From positions 1,680,001-1,712,000 of the forward strand of contig NZ_AP012549.1 of NCBI RefSeq assembly GCF_000829235.1: 32,000 nt of DNA, read 5' to 3'. The position numbers and the translations under genes were made by a program. The notes under the pieces were generated by a model. That model saw only the letters and a list, made by a program, of their open reading frames with translations, did not search any database and was not told where the DNA came from. The DNA comes from a cyanobacterium endosymbiont of Epithemia turgida isolate EtSB Lake Yunoko (lineage in GTDB: Bacteria > Cyanobacteriota > Cyanobacteriia > Cyanobacteriales > Microcystaceae). Positions 19,661-29,801 of the stretch are shown here, in pieces; position 1 is the stretch's first letter, and each line of letters opens with the position of its first letter.

Positions 19661-20240
19661 ATGAAAATACCCCAATTGATTTTTAACGTACTGGTTATTG
19701 GAAACATTATTGCTATCACTACAGTAGGTTCAACTCTCACTCATAGAATTTTACGGCTATTTAACTTTGCCTACGCTGATTTTTATGACATTGGGAGCTT
19801 ATTTTACTTAGCTTAGATAGCCAAAATTGGCGGGCTTAATTTGTAGATTTCGATGATTATAGGGTCTGTCGGAACCATTGTTACTATGACTATCGCGGAA
19901 TACCTACTGTGGAAATCAATGCGTGATCGCTGCGTGACTTCCACCACTTTAATTGTTATTTCTATTGGACTAGCATTGTTTATTCGCAATAAAATTTTAA
20001 GGATCTGGGGAGGAATAATCAAAGCTATCAAATTCCTCTTGTCCCTGTTCAAGAATTTTTAGGAATTAATGTAGAAAAAGTAGTTTTCTAGACTTGGGTA
20101 ATTACGGAAGGACTGACTGCTTTAGGAGTAGCTATTCATGGACTAATTTGTACCATTAAACCGATTATGGGGTCATTTTTGGTGGATTAGTGGTTGGTAT
20201 TCTTCAAGAATGAAGTGTTAGTATTTCCTGGCTATTTGTT
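19661..20240 (+). pseudogene. Branched-chain/neutral amino-acid ABC transporter permease (LivH/NatD type) pseudogene
   Basis: AGGAG lies at 19653-19657 and ATG at 19661. Translation: MKIPQLIFNVLVIGNIIAITTVGSTLTHRILRLFNFAYADF, then a 1-nt insertion in a T-run, MTLGAYFT*, then a frame change to ISMIIGSVGTIVTMTIAEYLLWKSMRDRCVTSTTLIVISIGLALFIRNKILRIWGG. A further shift gives NNQSYQIPLVPVQEFLGINVEKVVF*TWVITEGLTALGVAIHGLICTIKPIMGSFL..GLVVGILQE. This is colinear with LivH-family permeases. It carries at least 3 frameshifts, several stops and two internal deletions (about 55 aa missing after GINVE, about 20 aa after KPIMG). Confidence 0.85.
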
Positions 20241-20545
20241 GATGGGGATGTACAGGGTTATTTTAAGGAAATAATTAATTGTTTAGACTATCTCAAAAAT
20301 TATTTGGTCATTAATGTTATTTAGCTATTTCCCATTAATGAAGTCTCTCGTAATTAATGATGGCTATGATATCAGTGACTATTTTTATATTTGTCTAGTT
20401 TGTGAAAAATTTAGAATTTTAAAAAATTGTCTCAAAATTTTTGTTAGGTTAATGATAAATTATTGTTCTAATCAACGTTCTTAGTTTTTAAAATTAAATC
20501 AAGAAAAAAATAATTTTAAAATCATTTTTTTCTATGGCAATAGCC
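20241..20545 (+). pseudogene. GH13 (alpha-amylase family; oligo-1,6-glucosidase/alpha-glucosidase-like) pseudogene remnant lacking its N-terminus
   Basis: Translation DGDVQGYFKEIINCLDYLKNYLVINVI*L matches the GH13 N-terminal signature D.NGDG.GD..GI...LDYL..LGV.AIWL.P. After a frame shift, PLMKSLVINDGYDISDYFYI matches P...SP..D.GYD.SDY. Then EKFRILKNCLKIFVRLMINYCSNQRS* matches ..F..L....H..G.K...D.V.NHTS.QH. A decayed FLKLNQEKNNFKIIFFY probably corresponds to WF.ES....DNPKRDWY.W. About 30 N-terminal residues and everything after region II are missing. Confidence 0.75.
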
Positions 20546-20926
20546 CACACTAGGAGAAAAATTTTTCAAAGAAAAGTACATTTTCATTCAAATGCTTCTA
20601 GTTGTTACAGCAAGCATAGATACTTTCGCTACGATCTTTTGAAAATTATTGTAAATATGATTAAATTATCAAAGACATATTGATGAACAAACTGTGTCTT
20701 CACATTTTTGATTGTTACATAACAGGTTTAGTAGAAGCAATTAAACTTATTTAATAAAAAAAAGGAAGTAAACTAAATATTTTATGGATAGGAAATAGCG
20801 TTAAATAAAAGTTTATAAAATTCTTGAAGAGATGTTTAAAGATGAATAGTATTTAGCTGAGGCAGTTAAATAAAATATTGCTTAAAAGATATTCATGGAA
20901 ACAACATAAATTAAATTTTTATTGCC

Positions 20927-20976
20927 TAAATATAAGACTATAAAATCAAATATTTGATTTTATAGTCTTATATTTA
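20927..20976. repeat. Perfect 50-bp palindrome (25-bp arms, no spacer), 111 bp downstream of pheS
   Basis: I paired it base by base around the centre 20951|20952: taaatataagactataaaatcaaat|atttgattttatagtcttatattta. The first mismatch is at 20926/20977. Confidence 0.95.
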
Positions 20977-21086
20977 TTTAGAGTGACTTACTTAAACCTA
21001 ATAAATCATAAAAAATAAAACATTACAAAATAACAAAACACACTATCATTTCAAAAATACTATTGACGACTATTTATTATTTACTA

Positions 21087-22091
21087 TTAAAATTGCGATA
21101 AAAACCGCATATCACTACTATAGAAACGGCGAATATCATCAATTTTGTGTAATACCATAGCAAATCTTTCGACTCCTAAACCAGCAGCAAACCCTGTATA
21201 AACCTCTGGATCATAACCCACAGCTTTGAGTACATTAGGATCAACCATGCCGCATCCCATTACCTCCAACCATTCCCCTTGCCACTGTACATCCACTTCT
21301 GCTGAAGGTTCGGTAAAAGGAAAATAACTAGCACGGAATTTAACAGGTAATTCCTTCCCAAACATTTTTTTTAAAAACTCTTTAATAGTCCCTTTTAACT
21401 TAGTAAAAGTTAACCCTTTGTCTACGCTTAAAATCTCCACTTGGTGGAATACTGCTGAATGGGTTGTATCCACCGTATCGCGACGATAAACACGTCCAGG
21501 GGACACAATACGGATGGGAGGTTTATGAGTCTCCATGTAGCGAATTTGTACAGGAGAGGTATGGGTTCGTAACAAACGACCATCAGCTAAAAAGAATGTA
21601 TCTTGCATATCCCGCGCAGGATGATCAGAGGGAATATTCAATGCTTCAAAATTATAATAATCGGTTTCTAAATGAGGCCCAGTAGCTACACCATACCCTA
21701 AACCAACAAAAATATCTAACACTCGATCAATAGTCCTATTAAGAGGATGAAGACGACCTAGAGGACGACTGGACCCAGGCATAGTTACATCAAGGCTTTC
21801 TACAACAAGTTGAGCTTGAATCTGAGCAATTTGTAGAGTTTGACGTTGTAGATCAAGATTAGTTTGTAAAGTTTCTTTGACTGTATTAGCCAAGGCTCCA
21901 ATACGGGGACGTTCATCCTTACTTAATTTACCCATCCCTCCCAAAATTCTGGAAAGTTGCCCTTTTTTACCTAGATAGCTAATGCGAAGTTGTTCGAGAT
22001 CTTCTAAATCTGTGATGGACGCGATTGCCTCTTGTGCTTTGTCCTGTAGAGTTTGTAATTCCAATTCTAAGGTATTAGAAGTTGTAGTCAT
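21087..22091 (-). CDS. pheS: Phenylalanine--tRNA ligase alpha subunit
   Basis: 334 aa. It has an N-terminal coiled-coil and class II motifs: [26 protein letters not shown] (motif 2), [39 protein letters not shown] (motif 3). Confidence 0.95.
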   Translation of the reverse strand: MTTTSNTLELELQTLQDKAQEAIASITDLEDLEQLRISYLGKKGQLSRILGGMGKLSKDERPRIGALANTVKETLQTNLDLQRQTLQIAQIQAQLVVESLDVTMPGSSRPLGRLHPLNRTIDRVLDIFVGLGYGVATGPHLETDYYNFEALNIPSDHPARDMQDTFFLADGRLLRTHTSPVQIRYMETHKPPIRIVSPGRVYRRDTVDTTHSAVFHQVEILSVDKGLTFTKLKGTIKEFLKKMFGKELPVKFRASYFPFTEPSAEVDVQWQGEWLEVMGCGMVDPNVLKAVGYDPEVYTGFAAGLGVERFAMVLHKIDDIRRFYSSDMRFLSQF

Positions 22092-22370
22092 GGGAGTAAA
22101 GTTAGAAGTTAGTAGTCAAAATTTATCTGAGGAATATTTTGACATTTATCATTTATACCCTAGTGTATCGAAATTTTGCCTTGACTCTTGTTTTAATTTC
22201 ACCTAAATCATTATCACACTGAAACTTGATGGGAGGATTATAGTTAAGATACATATCTCAATTGTTGCGCTGTAACACTGCCTATTAAGGTTAGTACATG
22301 GTTAAAAGCCATAACTTTGTTGTACTTAAGTTTTACTTTTGCCTTTCTTTTCTCCCTTTCAAGTTTGATC

Positions 22371-23186
22371 ATGGAACCTTTAAAATTACTTATCTGTAAT
22401 GATGATGGTATTTTCTCTCAAGGTATTCGCACTTTAGCAAATACCCTATCCCAGGCAGGTTATGAGGTAACGGTAGTTTGTCCTGACCGCGAACGCTCAG
22501 CGACTGGTCATGGGTTAACCCTTCACCACCCGATTCGTGCCGAGATAGTGGAAAACCTTTTTGATACCCAAGTGGTCGCTTGGTCCTGTTCAGGAACGCC
22601 CTCAGACTGCGTTAAATTTGCTCTCAGTGCTGTGTTGAAGAGCCTTCCTGATGTGGTGATTTCAGGAATTAATCACGGATCTAATTTAGGTACTGATGTA
22701 TTGTATTCGGGAACAGTTTCAGCGGCTATGGAGGGAGCAATAGAAGGAATTCCCAGTATTGCTATAAGTTTAGCTAGTTTTTCTTCAAAAGAATTTCAAC
22801 CGGGAGCCAATTTTGCTTGCACGTTAGTTCAACAATTAGTTAGTCACCCATTACCGAAAGCAACCCTTTTAAATGTGAACATTCCTCCAGTCTCTCAAGA
22901 TGTGATCGCCGGTGTGATGATCACCCGCCAAGGGCTACGCCGCTATGTGGAGCAATTTGAACAGCGTATCGATCCTAGGGGAAAAAGCTATTATTGGCTA
23001 GCCGGGGAGTTAGTCACTGAAATTGAACAACCCGAGCATCTTCATCTTCCATCAGATATTCTTACAGATGTCCAAGGGATTCAACACAATTACATTACCA
23101 TTACCCCGCTACAGTATAATTTAACAGATATCGAGGGATTTAAGTATCTTTATAAAACCGGTTGGTTGGATACCTATCTAAGTTAA
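22371..23186 (+). CDS. surE: 5'/3'-nucleotidase SurE
   Basis: Track ORF starts at TTG 22317 with a hydrophobic A+T-driven extension. Homology starts at ATG 22371: [26 protein letters not shown] (the N-D-D-G metal site). Also [25 protein letters not shown] and [12 protein letters not shown]. Confidence 0.92.
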   Translation: MEPLKLLICNDDGIFSQGIRTLANTLSQAGYEVTVVCPDRERSATGHGLTLHHPIRAEIVENLFDTQVVAWSCSGTPSDCVKFALSAVLKSLPDVVISGINHGSNLGTDVLYSGTVSAAMEGAIEGIPSIAISLASFSSKEFQPGANFACTLVQQLVSHPLPKATLLNVNIPPVSQDVIAGVMITRQGLRRYVEQFEQRIDPRGKSYYWLAGELVTEIEQPEHLHLPSDILTDVQGIQHNYITITPLQYNLTDIEGFKYLYKTGWLDTYLS

Positions 23187-23251
23187 TTCTTGTCAATAAC
23201 TAATGACATTGTGTGATATTCTGATCAACTATCACAGTCCTATTCAAGATC

Positions 23252-23833
23252 ATGTCCTCGTTCCAATTTATTCCAGAAAACGAGCCAGAAGAAATTGATA
23301 GTGTTACCCTGACTGATAACGAGGGTCGCACTTTAGAATGCTATGTAGAAAACGCCCTGGAGGCAGAAGATGGAACTTATATCCTTCTTATGCCTGTGGA
23401 TATTCCTGTTGTTATTTTGGCCTGGGATGAGCTATCAGAGGAGGAAGACGAAGACCCCAATGTTATTCTCTTAGAAGACAAAGTAGAAATCCAAGAAATT
23501 TTTCCTGATGCTAGGGCTGTTTTAGCTGAATTAGATTTAGCTTTAAGTTTTACAGCTTTCACTTTAACGGTTAAAGGAGAATTACCTCCCATTGAAGATG
23601 ATGGTATTCTGAACCTTGAATTAGATACTGAAGAGCAACCTTTAGACTCAGAAGAATTACAGTTTTTAGCGGGATTTTATCACAAAAAACAAAAATATTC
23701 TGTTTATACTCCCCTTGCGCCATTGTTATTTTTAGCTAAATATGACTTACTTGGACAAATATCTTTAGTCTCTCCTGATGATAAGCAAATGCAGCCTATT
23801 TTGGAGGAGTTATTATTTGATGATATGGAATAG
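23252..23833 (+). CDS. Conserved acidic cyanobacterial/plastid-lineage protein (DUF1292/DUF3727-like)
   Basis: 193 aa and highly acidic. VTLTDNEGRTLECYVENALEAEDGTYILLMPVD and a second LQFLAGFYHKKQKYSVYTPLAPLLFLAKYD half recall the DUF3727 family. The family name is from memory and has not been searched. Confidence 0.6.
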   Translation: MSSFQFIPENEPEEIDSVTLTDNEGRTLECYVENALEAEDGTYILLMPVDIPVVILAWDELSEEEDEDPNVILLEDKVEIQEIFPDARAVLAELDLALSFTAFTLTVKGELPPIEDDGILNLELDTEEQPLDSEELQFLAGFYHKKQKYSVYTPLAPLLFLAKYDLLGQISLVSPDDKQMQPILEELLFDDME

Positions 23834-23879
23834 TTAATAACGTGAGAGTTAATGTTTGATAGTCTAACTGATAATTGTT

Positions 23880-25139
23880 ATGAAAGACTGGGATTTTAGT
23901 ATACCTCCATCTTCTGACTTGGGAGATCGTGATGTTCCTTTTGTGGGAAATAATCTCCTCGGAAAAAATATTGCCTTATTGATTACTGGTGGAATAGCTG
24001 CTATGAAAACCCCCTTGATTGCACGTGCTTTGCGTCGAGAAGGTGCTAATGTTTCAGCTTTTGTCTCCAAAGAAGCAACTCGATATGTTACTTTAGATGC
24101 TCTAGAGTGGAGCACTAATAATCCCATTGTTACTCAGTTAACACCAGTTGCTGAACATTTAAGTGATCGCACTCCCTTTGCCGTCTATCTTGTAGCTCCT
24201 GCTACCTATAATACTATTAATAAAATGCGTTACGGTATTGCCGATGGGGTGATTACCTCTACCTTAGCATCTGCTTTAGGACGCATGGAGAAAGGGAAAA
24301 CTAAAATTATGATTGTTCCCACTATGCACGGCAGTTTACATAACTCTATTTTAACAGAATCTTTAAAATTCTTATACAATTTAGGGGTAAAAATTATGCC
24401 GCCCAGACAAGATTATGGTAAAAATAATATACCACATGAACAAAATATTGTAGTAGAAGTTTGCCGTTTAATTAATGATTCTCCTTTAAAAAATATCCCT
24501 ATCTTAGTTACAGCTGGACCTACTCCAGTCCCCATTGATAATATACGTCGTTTGACTAATCATTTTACGGGACAGTTAGGTACAAAAATTGCTAAAGAAT
24601 TATATTTAAAAGGGGCAGATATAAATCTAATTCATGGAGAAAGCTCTTACACTCCCCCTGATTACTTACCGTATCAAATTGTCAAAACTTATCAAGACTA
24701 TTTAGAATTAGTAATAAACAAATTAAGCAATAAAAATTATATTTGTGGAATTTTTTCAGCAGCAGTTGCTGACTATCAACCCCAAAAAATTATGCTTGGC
24801 AAAATTCCTAGTAAGGAAAAGTCAAAATGTATTAAGCTGATTCCGACCATTAAAGTGATTGAAGAAGTTAGACAAAAGTTTCCTAATCTTTATATGGTGA
24901 CATTTAAATATCAAGAACAAGTTAGTCATGAAGCTTTAATAGAAGTTGCTAGTGCTAGAATCAAAAAGGGGTATCAAGTTGTAGTTGCTAACCGAGGGGA
25001 AGAAATGAAAAGTCAACAAGAACATATTGCTTATTTAGTTACTCAAAATGAGTCACCTCAAAAAATGATAGGAAAAAGAAGAATAGCCACGAAAATCGTT
25101 GAACATTTAGAGAATATTTGTGAATTAAGATGGAAATAA
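23880..25139 (+). CDS. coaBC: Bifunctional phosphopantothenoylcysteine decarboxylase / phosphopantothenate--cysteine ligase (divergent)
   Basis: 419 aa. The N-terminal flavoprotein domain reads GKNIALLITGGIAAMKTPLIARALRREGANVSAFVSKEATRYVT...EHL...VAPATYNTINKM. The C-terminal DFP/CoaB domain reads ILVTAGPTPVPIDNIRRLTNHFTGQLG...FSAAVADYQP. See the finding on divergent active-site motifs. Confidence 0.8.
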   Translation: MKDWDFSIPPSSDLGDRDVPFVGNNLLGKNIALLITGGIAAMKTPLIARALRREGANVSAFVSKEATRYVTLDALEWSTNNPIVTQLTPVAEHLSDRTPFAVYLVAPATYNTINKMRYGIADGVITSTLASALGRMEKGKTKIMIVPTMHGSLHNSILTESLKFLYNLGVKIMPPRQDYGKNNIPHEQNIVVEVCRLINDSPLKNIPILVTAGPTPVPIDNIRRLTNHFTGQLGTKIAKELYLKGADINLIHGESSYTPPDYLPYQIVKTYQDYLELVINKLSNKNYICGIFSAAVADYQPQKIMLGKIPSKEKSKCIKLIPTIKVIEEVRQKFPNLYMVTFKYQEQVSHEALIEVASARIKKGYQVVVANRGEEMKSQQEHIAYLVTQNESPQKMIGKRRIATKIVEHLENICELRWK

Positions 25140-26081
25140 TTAACATAGAAAGTTTTACAAAACAAATCAGAGATTAAATTCTTAACAAGAACTAGCTTTT
25201 CTCATATCTTGACAATGATATTTATAAGTATTCCCTTGATTTTAGTTGAATTGAAATAGTAAAAGATGCAGATAAATTACAAAAAATTGGAAACGTATCA
25301 TTATATCTTGAATCGATAAGTTGAATATATTCTTGTAGAGAATTCTTATTCGGTCATGATGATAGAAATAACAAACATAAATTAGTCAATGGAGAATTAA
25401 AACTGATACCTCCTTCTAGTAATTTATACTTGCCTTTTTGACCAAGTAGAAATTGATTGCATTTAGTATTAATGGAAAGTATAGAGAATATTAACAATAA
25501 TTATTTTTATCAGTATTCTGAGTATGTAATTATCAAAAATTACAAATATTTAATTTTCAAGTTATGAGTCAAAAAAATAGTATTATCGTCATTTTTTTTT
25601 ATTTTATCAAGTTTTTATAAAGCTACATAATGTATATAAAATATTTGTTAGTATCAATAGTAAAATTAATTTTTAAGTCGATTGATATTTAATAACTATA
25701 ATATTTACGGATCTTTATCATATGCCAGCAAAATCGAAAAATATGACAAGATTAAATGGAAACTATTCAAATTTAGCTCTCCCTTACTAAGATTAATTTT
25801 AATCTATTTTAGAAAAAAGTGTATTACCTATTTACAGTAAGATTGCCTGATTTGTAACCCAACTTTGTTAGTCTCAATTTCATGGGTAAGTTCAATAGCT
25901 TACACACAATGTTTGATCAATTACAGAAGATAAAACTATCATGGAAAAAGTATTTTTTAAAAAATTAGTCATTACCAGAAATAGTTTTCCAATACAAATA
26001 TTGGTTAATTTTTTCTAATTAATCTAAGTCACCGTGGAACTTCAAGGGCTCAGTAGTTTTTAGAAACGTTTTAGGTTCTTA

Positions 26082-26124
26082 GGCTTCATTAGGCAGAATA
26101 CTTTTAATGATGCCTAATGAAGCC
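26082..26124. repeat. 14-bp perfect stem / 15-nt loop hairpin about 200 bp downstream of the ABC permease gene
   Basis: ggcttcattaggca (26082-26095) pairs perfectly with tgcctaatgaagcc (26111-26124). There is no adjacent U-tract on either strand. Confidence 0.85.
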
Positions 26125-26324
26125 GTATTGAGAATATTTTTATTATGAGCGTAGTTGCTCGGCAAGTTTTTTGGACCGAACCATATAGTTGATGATCTAC
26201 AATTACGCGGTATCATGCGTTAAGTCATAGGTATCGAATAAATTAGGTAGCCGAGCATCTAAAACATAAGAGATAATTACTAGAAACTAGGCATGATACG
26301 TGTATCACAGATTGTCTTACTCTA

Positions 26325-27158
26325 TCATCCTTTAACCCCACTTCCTACATCAGTGGGAATAATGTATTTTTGCAAAAATACGAATAATAATAAGGCTGGA
26401 GCAATAGAAATGATTGAACCGGCTGCAATTAATCGCCAGTCGAGATCTAAAGCACTGGCTAATCTAGCAACGCCTAGAGGAAGAGTATAATGCTCAGGGC
26501 GATCAAGAATAATTAATGGCCACAAAAAGTCACTCCAAGCTCCAATAAAGACAAAAATAGCCAGAGTAACTAAAGCTGGACGTACCCCAGAAATCATAAT
26601 ATGCCACCAAATGTCCAATTCTGAACAACCATCAATACGGGCAGCTTCTTCTAACTCTTTGGGGACGCTTTGGAATGCTTGACGTAACAGAAAAATACCA
26701 AATGCTGAGGCTAAATTTGGGAAAATAATTCCGAGATAAGTGTTACGAAGTCCCAATCGTACTGTCAAGATATACAAAGGAATCATCACAATTTGAAAGG
26801 GAATCATAATGGTGGCTACAATGACTACAAATAAAAAGTCTCGTCCTCGAAAATCTAGTCTAGCGAGGGGATAAGCAGCCAGAGAACAAAATAATAGGTT
26901 TAAGCTGACGGTTAAAATCGCAACCACGGTACTGTTAAATAAATAGCGTCCAAAAGGGTAAGTTTGCCAAACTGATCGAAAATTATCCCAGGTGGGTTTT
27001 TGGGGAAGTAATTGCCAGGAAACGGTAAAAATATCTTCTGTAGGAGATTTAAATGCAGTACTCAATAACCAGAAGAGAGGAAAAAGCATTCCTAGGGCGA
27101 TGAGAGTTAAAAGTAAGTAGCGAATACCAGTTTTATTTAGAGATTTACAATTTACCAT
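26325..27158 (-). CDS. Carbohydrate ABC transporter permease (MalG/UgpE-type, BPD_transp_1)
   Basis: 277 aa with six hydrophobic segments. The EAA loop is KELEEAARIDGCSELDIWWHIMISGVRPAL. No partner permease, ATPase or binding-protein gene lies in the window. Confidence 0.88.
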   Translation of the reverse strand: MVNCKSLNKTGIRYLLLTLIALGMLFPLFWLLSTAFKSPTEDIFTVSWQLLPQKPTWDNFRSVWQTYPFGRYLFNSTVVAILTVSLNLLFCSLAAYPLARLDFRGRDFLFVVIVATIMIPFQIVMIPLYILTVRLGLRNTYLGIIFPNLASAFGIFLLRQAFQSVPKELEEAARIDGCSELDIWWHIMISGVRPALVTLAIFVFIGAWSDFLWPLIILDRPEHYTLPLGVARLASALDLDWRLIAAGSIISIAPALLLFVFLQKYIIPTDVGSGVKG

Positions 27159-27413
27159 TGATGAAAAATTAACGAATTTAAGTATATGTTAGATTTTTTG
27201 GAAAATTAGTATCAGGCTGTATGAGCAATATTTGAGCTAAAATATTGTATTAGAATCCAGGTTTATAGTCAGTCTTTTAGCGCTAAAGCGGTAACTGCGA
27301 ACTTAATATATAAACTAATATAATTGGTTCTAAAACTTAAATGGCAATACTATATTTTTACTTTTTATTATAAATGCTTTACTTTTTTATCAAACTATTT
27401 TTAGAAAAAAGGA

Positions 27414-29273
27414 GTGTTCATATTGTCCACAGTTGTACCGTTACTATCGAATAGTGATACCTTAGAAAGTTATCTGAAGGAACTTCCTTCTGAACCAGGG
27501 ATATATCTAATGCGTAATGGAGAGGGAGATATTCTCTATATTGGAAAGTCAAAAAAACTGCGATCACGGGTTCGTTCCTATTTCCAAAAATCACAATTTC
27601 ATATGCCTCGTATTGCTTTGATGCTTCAACAAGTGACCGATATTGATTTTATTGTCACTGATACAGAAGCTGAAGCATTAGCCTTAGAAGCAACCTTGAT
27701 CAAACAATATCAACCATATTTCAATGTTCTCCTTAAAGATGACAAGAAATATCCTTACGTTTGCATTACTTGGTCGGAAGAGTATCCCCGTATTTTTATT
27801 ACCCGTAAACGACGATTAAACAAGGAACGTGATCGCTATTATGGTCCTTATGTAGACACTCATTTGTTACGATATACCTTACGGTTAGTTAAACAAGTTT
27901 TTCCCTTACGTCAGCGTCCCAAACCTCTTTTTAAAGATCGTCCTTGTCTTAACTATGAACTTGGAAAATGTCCCGGGGTTTGTCAAGGATTAATTTCCAC
28001 TGAAAATTACAATAAAATTGTAGCAAAGATAGCGATGATTTTCCAGGGAAGGACAGCAGAATTAATAGCAATTCTTAAATACCAAATGGAAAAAGAAGTA
28101 GTCGAATTAAACTTTGAAAAAGCGGCTGCCATTCGAGATCAACTTAAAGCAATAAATACATTAACAGTAGATCAAAAAGTTTCATTACCTGATGATACTA
28201 TCTCACGAGATGCTATTGCTTTGGCAAGCGATACTAAACATTGTTGTATTCAATTATTCCAAATTCGTGCTGGTCGTTTAGTGGGACGGTTAGGTTTTTT
28301 TACAGATGTTGATTCAGGAATTCCTGGAGCAATTTTAAAACGAGTTCTTGAAGAACATTACTGGCAAGCAGATGGGGTAGAAATTCCTAATGAAATTATT
28401 GTTCAACATAAGTTACCAGAAATGGAGATTTTAGAAAAATGGTTAAGTGAACGTAAGGGAAAAAAAGTATCTATTACTGTTCCTCAACGGCAATTAAAAG
28501 CCCAACTGATTGATATGGTAGAACGAAATGCAAACTATGAGTTAGAACGTACTCAACGAACAGTAGAAAAAAATCTAACGGCAATGGAAGATCTTACACA
28601 AATGTTAGGTTTGCCAGAGTTACCACGACGTATAGAAGGGTATGATATTTCCCATATTCAAGGGTCAAATGCGGTTGCTTCCCAAGTAGTTTTTATTGAT
28701 GGAATTCCTGCTAAACAACATTATAGGCATTTTAAAATTAAAAGTCCTACGGTAAAAATTGGTCATTCTGATGATTTTACTAGTATGGCTGAAGTTATTA
28801 GTCGCCGCTTTCATCATTATCAATCTGATAGTGATGATCGTCCTAATGTAATTATGATTGACGGAGGAAAAGGCCAACTCTCAGCCGTCGTAGCTGTGTT
28901 AAAAAAATTAAACTTAATGGAAGAATTCCAAGTAGTAAGTTTAGCTAAACAAAAAGAAGAAATTTTTCTTCCTATGGAGTCTAAACCATTAACAACTAAC
29001 TCGGAACAACCTGGGGTTCTCTTGTTAAGAAGAGTACGGGATGAAGCTCACCGTTTTGCTGTTAGCTTTCATCGTCAACAAAGACTAAAAAAAAGTAGGC
29101 GATCACGATTAGATGAAATTCCAGGGTTAGGATTTGAACGTCAAAAATATTTGTTAGCCTATTTTCATTCTATTGATTATATTCGGGAAGCTTCTGTAGA
29201 AGAATTACAACAAGTTCCCGGTTTTGGTAAAGCTTTAGCTAAGGAAATCTATAATTATTTTCATCCCCATTAA
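27414..29273 (+). CDS. uvrC: Excinuclease ABC subunit C
   Basis: GIY-YIG domain: [33 protein letters not shown] domain: [17 protein letters not shown]. Endonuclease domain: [22 protein letters not shown]-terminal (HhH)2: [13 protein letters not shown]...[13 protein letters not shown]. The GTG at 27414 overlaps the GGAG (27411-27414), so the in-frame TTG at 27423 is a plausible true start. Confidence 0.93.
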   Translation: MFILSTVVPLLSNSDTLESYLKELPSEPGIYLMRNGEGDILYIGKSKKLRSRVRSYFQKSQFHMPRIALMLQQVTDIDFIVTDTEAEALALEATLIKQYQPYFNVLLKDDKKYPYVCITWSEEYPRIFITRKRRLNKERDRYYGPYVDTHLLRYTLRLVKQVFPLRQRPKPLFKDRPCLNYELGKCPGVCQGLISTENYNKIVAKIAMIFQGRTAELIAILKYQMEKEVVELNFEKAAAIRDQLKAINTLTVDQKVSLPDDTISRDAIALASDTKHCCIQLFQIRAGRLVGRLGFFTDVDSGIPGAILKRVLEEHYWQADGVEIPNEIIVQHKLPEMEILEKWLSERKGKKVSITVPQRQLKAQLIDMVERNANYELERTQRTVEKNLTAMEDLTQMLGLPELPRRIEGYDISHIQGSNAVASQVVFIDGIPAKQHYRHFKIKSPTVKIGHSDDFTSMAEVISRRFHHYQSDSDDRPNVIMIDGGKGQLSAVVAVLKKLNLMEEFQVVSLAKQKEEIFLPMESKPLTTNSEQPGVLLLRRVRDEAHRFAVSFHRQQRLKKSRRSRLDEIPGLGFERQKYLLAYFHSIDYIREASVEELQQVPGFGKALAKEIYNYFHPH

Positions 29274-29801
29274 CTTTAATTTTTATATGCTGACCCGTCC
29301 CAACGAAATAAATGTAGCACGCCATAGATATCAATATTTTCTCACTAATAGAGTTCTCCTATGTATAAAAAATAGATGATGCTAAATAGCTAAGCATCAA
29401 AAATATTTTAGGATTTCTGTACTTTGCTGGAGTCTACAATTTTTTCTATTGAAATATAGAAGGATTATTTAGCAAGATAAAAATAGTTATTTTATTCCTC
29501 AATAGCTCATTGTCTCACGGAAGATAGAGCTAAATACTATACACAAACATCAGCAATGATTGCCGCATCCAGTAAAAATTTTAAAAGAATAAGATTACTT
29601 AATATTAGTTTTGAGTTTTAGCTTGTCACATAAATTTTAAAAAAACTAGTTAGCCTTAATAAAATTTATTAAAGTCCTACATAAACATTACAATAACTTA
29701 GTATGATTTTCAATCAACTACTGTAATTAATGACAAAATTAATAATAAAAACGATTATCATGCAAAGTGATACCACAATAAAAAGTTTACTCACATAGAG
29801 T

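Noticed and set aside
19813-20062. Track ORFs 19813..20052(-) and 19853..20062(+)
   Set aside because: The plus-strand ORF is just one surviving frame of the LivH-type permease pseudogene (MIIGSVGTIVTMTIAEYLLWKSMRDR...) and not an independent gene. The minus-strand ORF is its shadow.
22092-22370. Promoter-like hexamers in the divergent pheS-surE spacer (TTGACA near 22138, TTGACT near 22183) and TTGACA boxes at 1121, 6600, 16933 and 25209
   Set aside because: None has a convincing -10 element at 16-18 bp spacing. TTGACA-like strings are expected frequently at this base composition.
1784-28877. Short ORFs nested antisense or out of frame inside confident genes: 1784..1972, 4119..4325, 8398..8619, 8919..9140, 21464..21685, 21982..22206, 23377..23592, 23864..24127, 26293..26490, 28665..28877
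   Set aside because: Each overlaps a strongly supported CDS (gshB, leuA, glmM, pheS, the DUF3727-like gene, coaBC, the ABC permease or uvrC). Each has no recognisable motif and is best explained as a shadow ORF.
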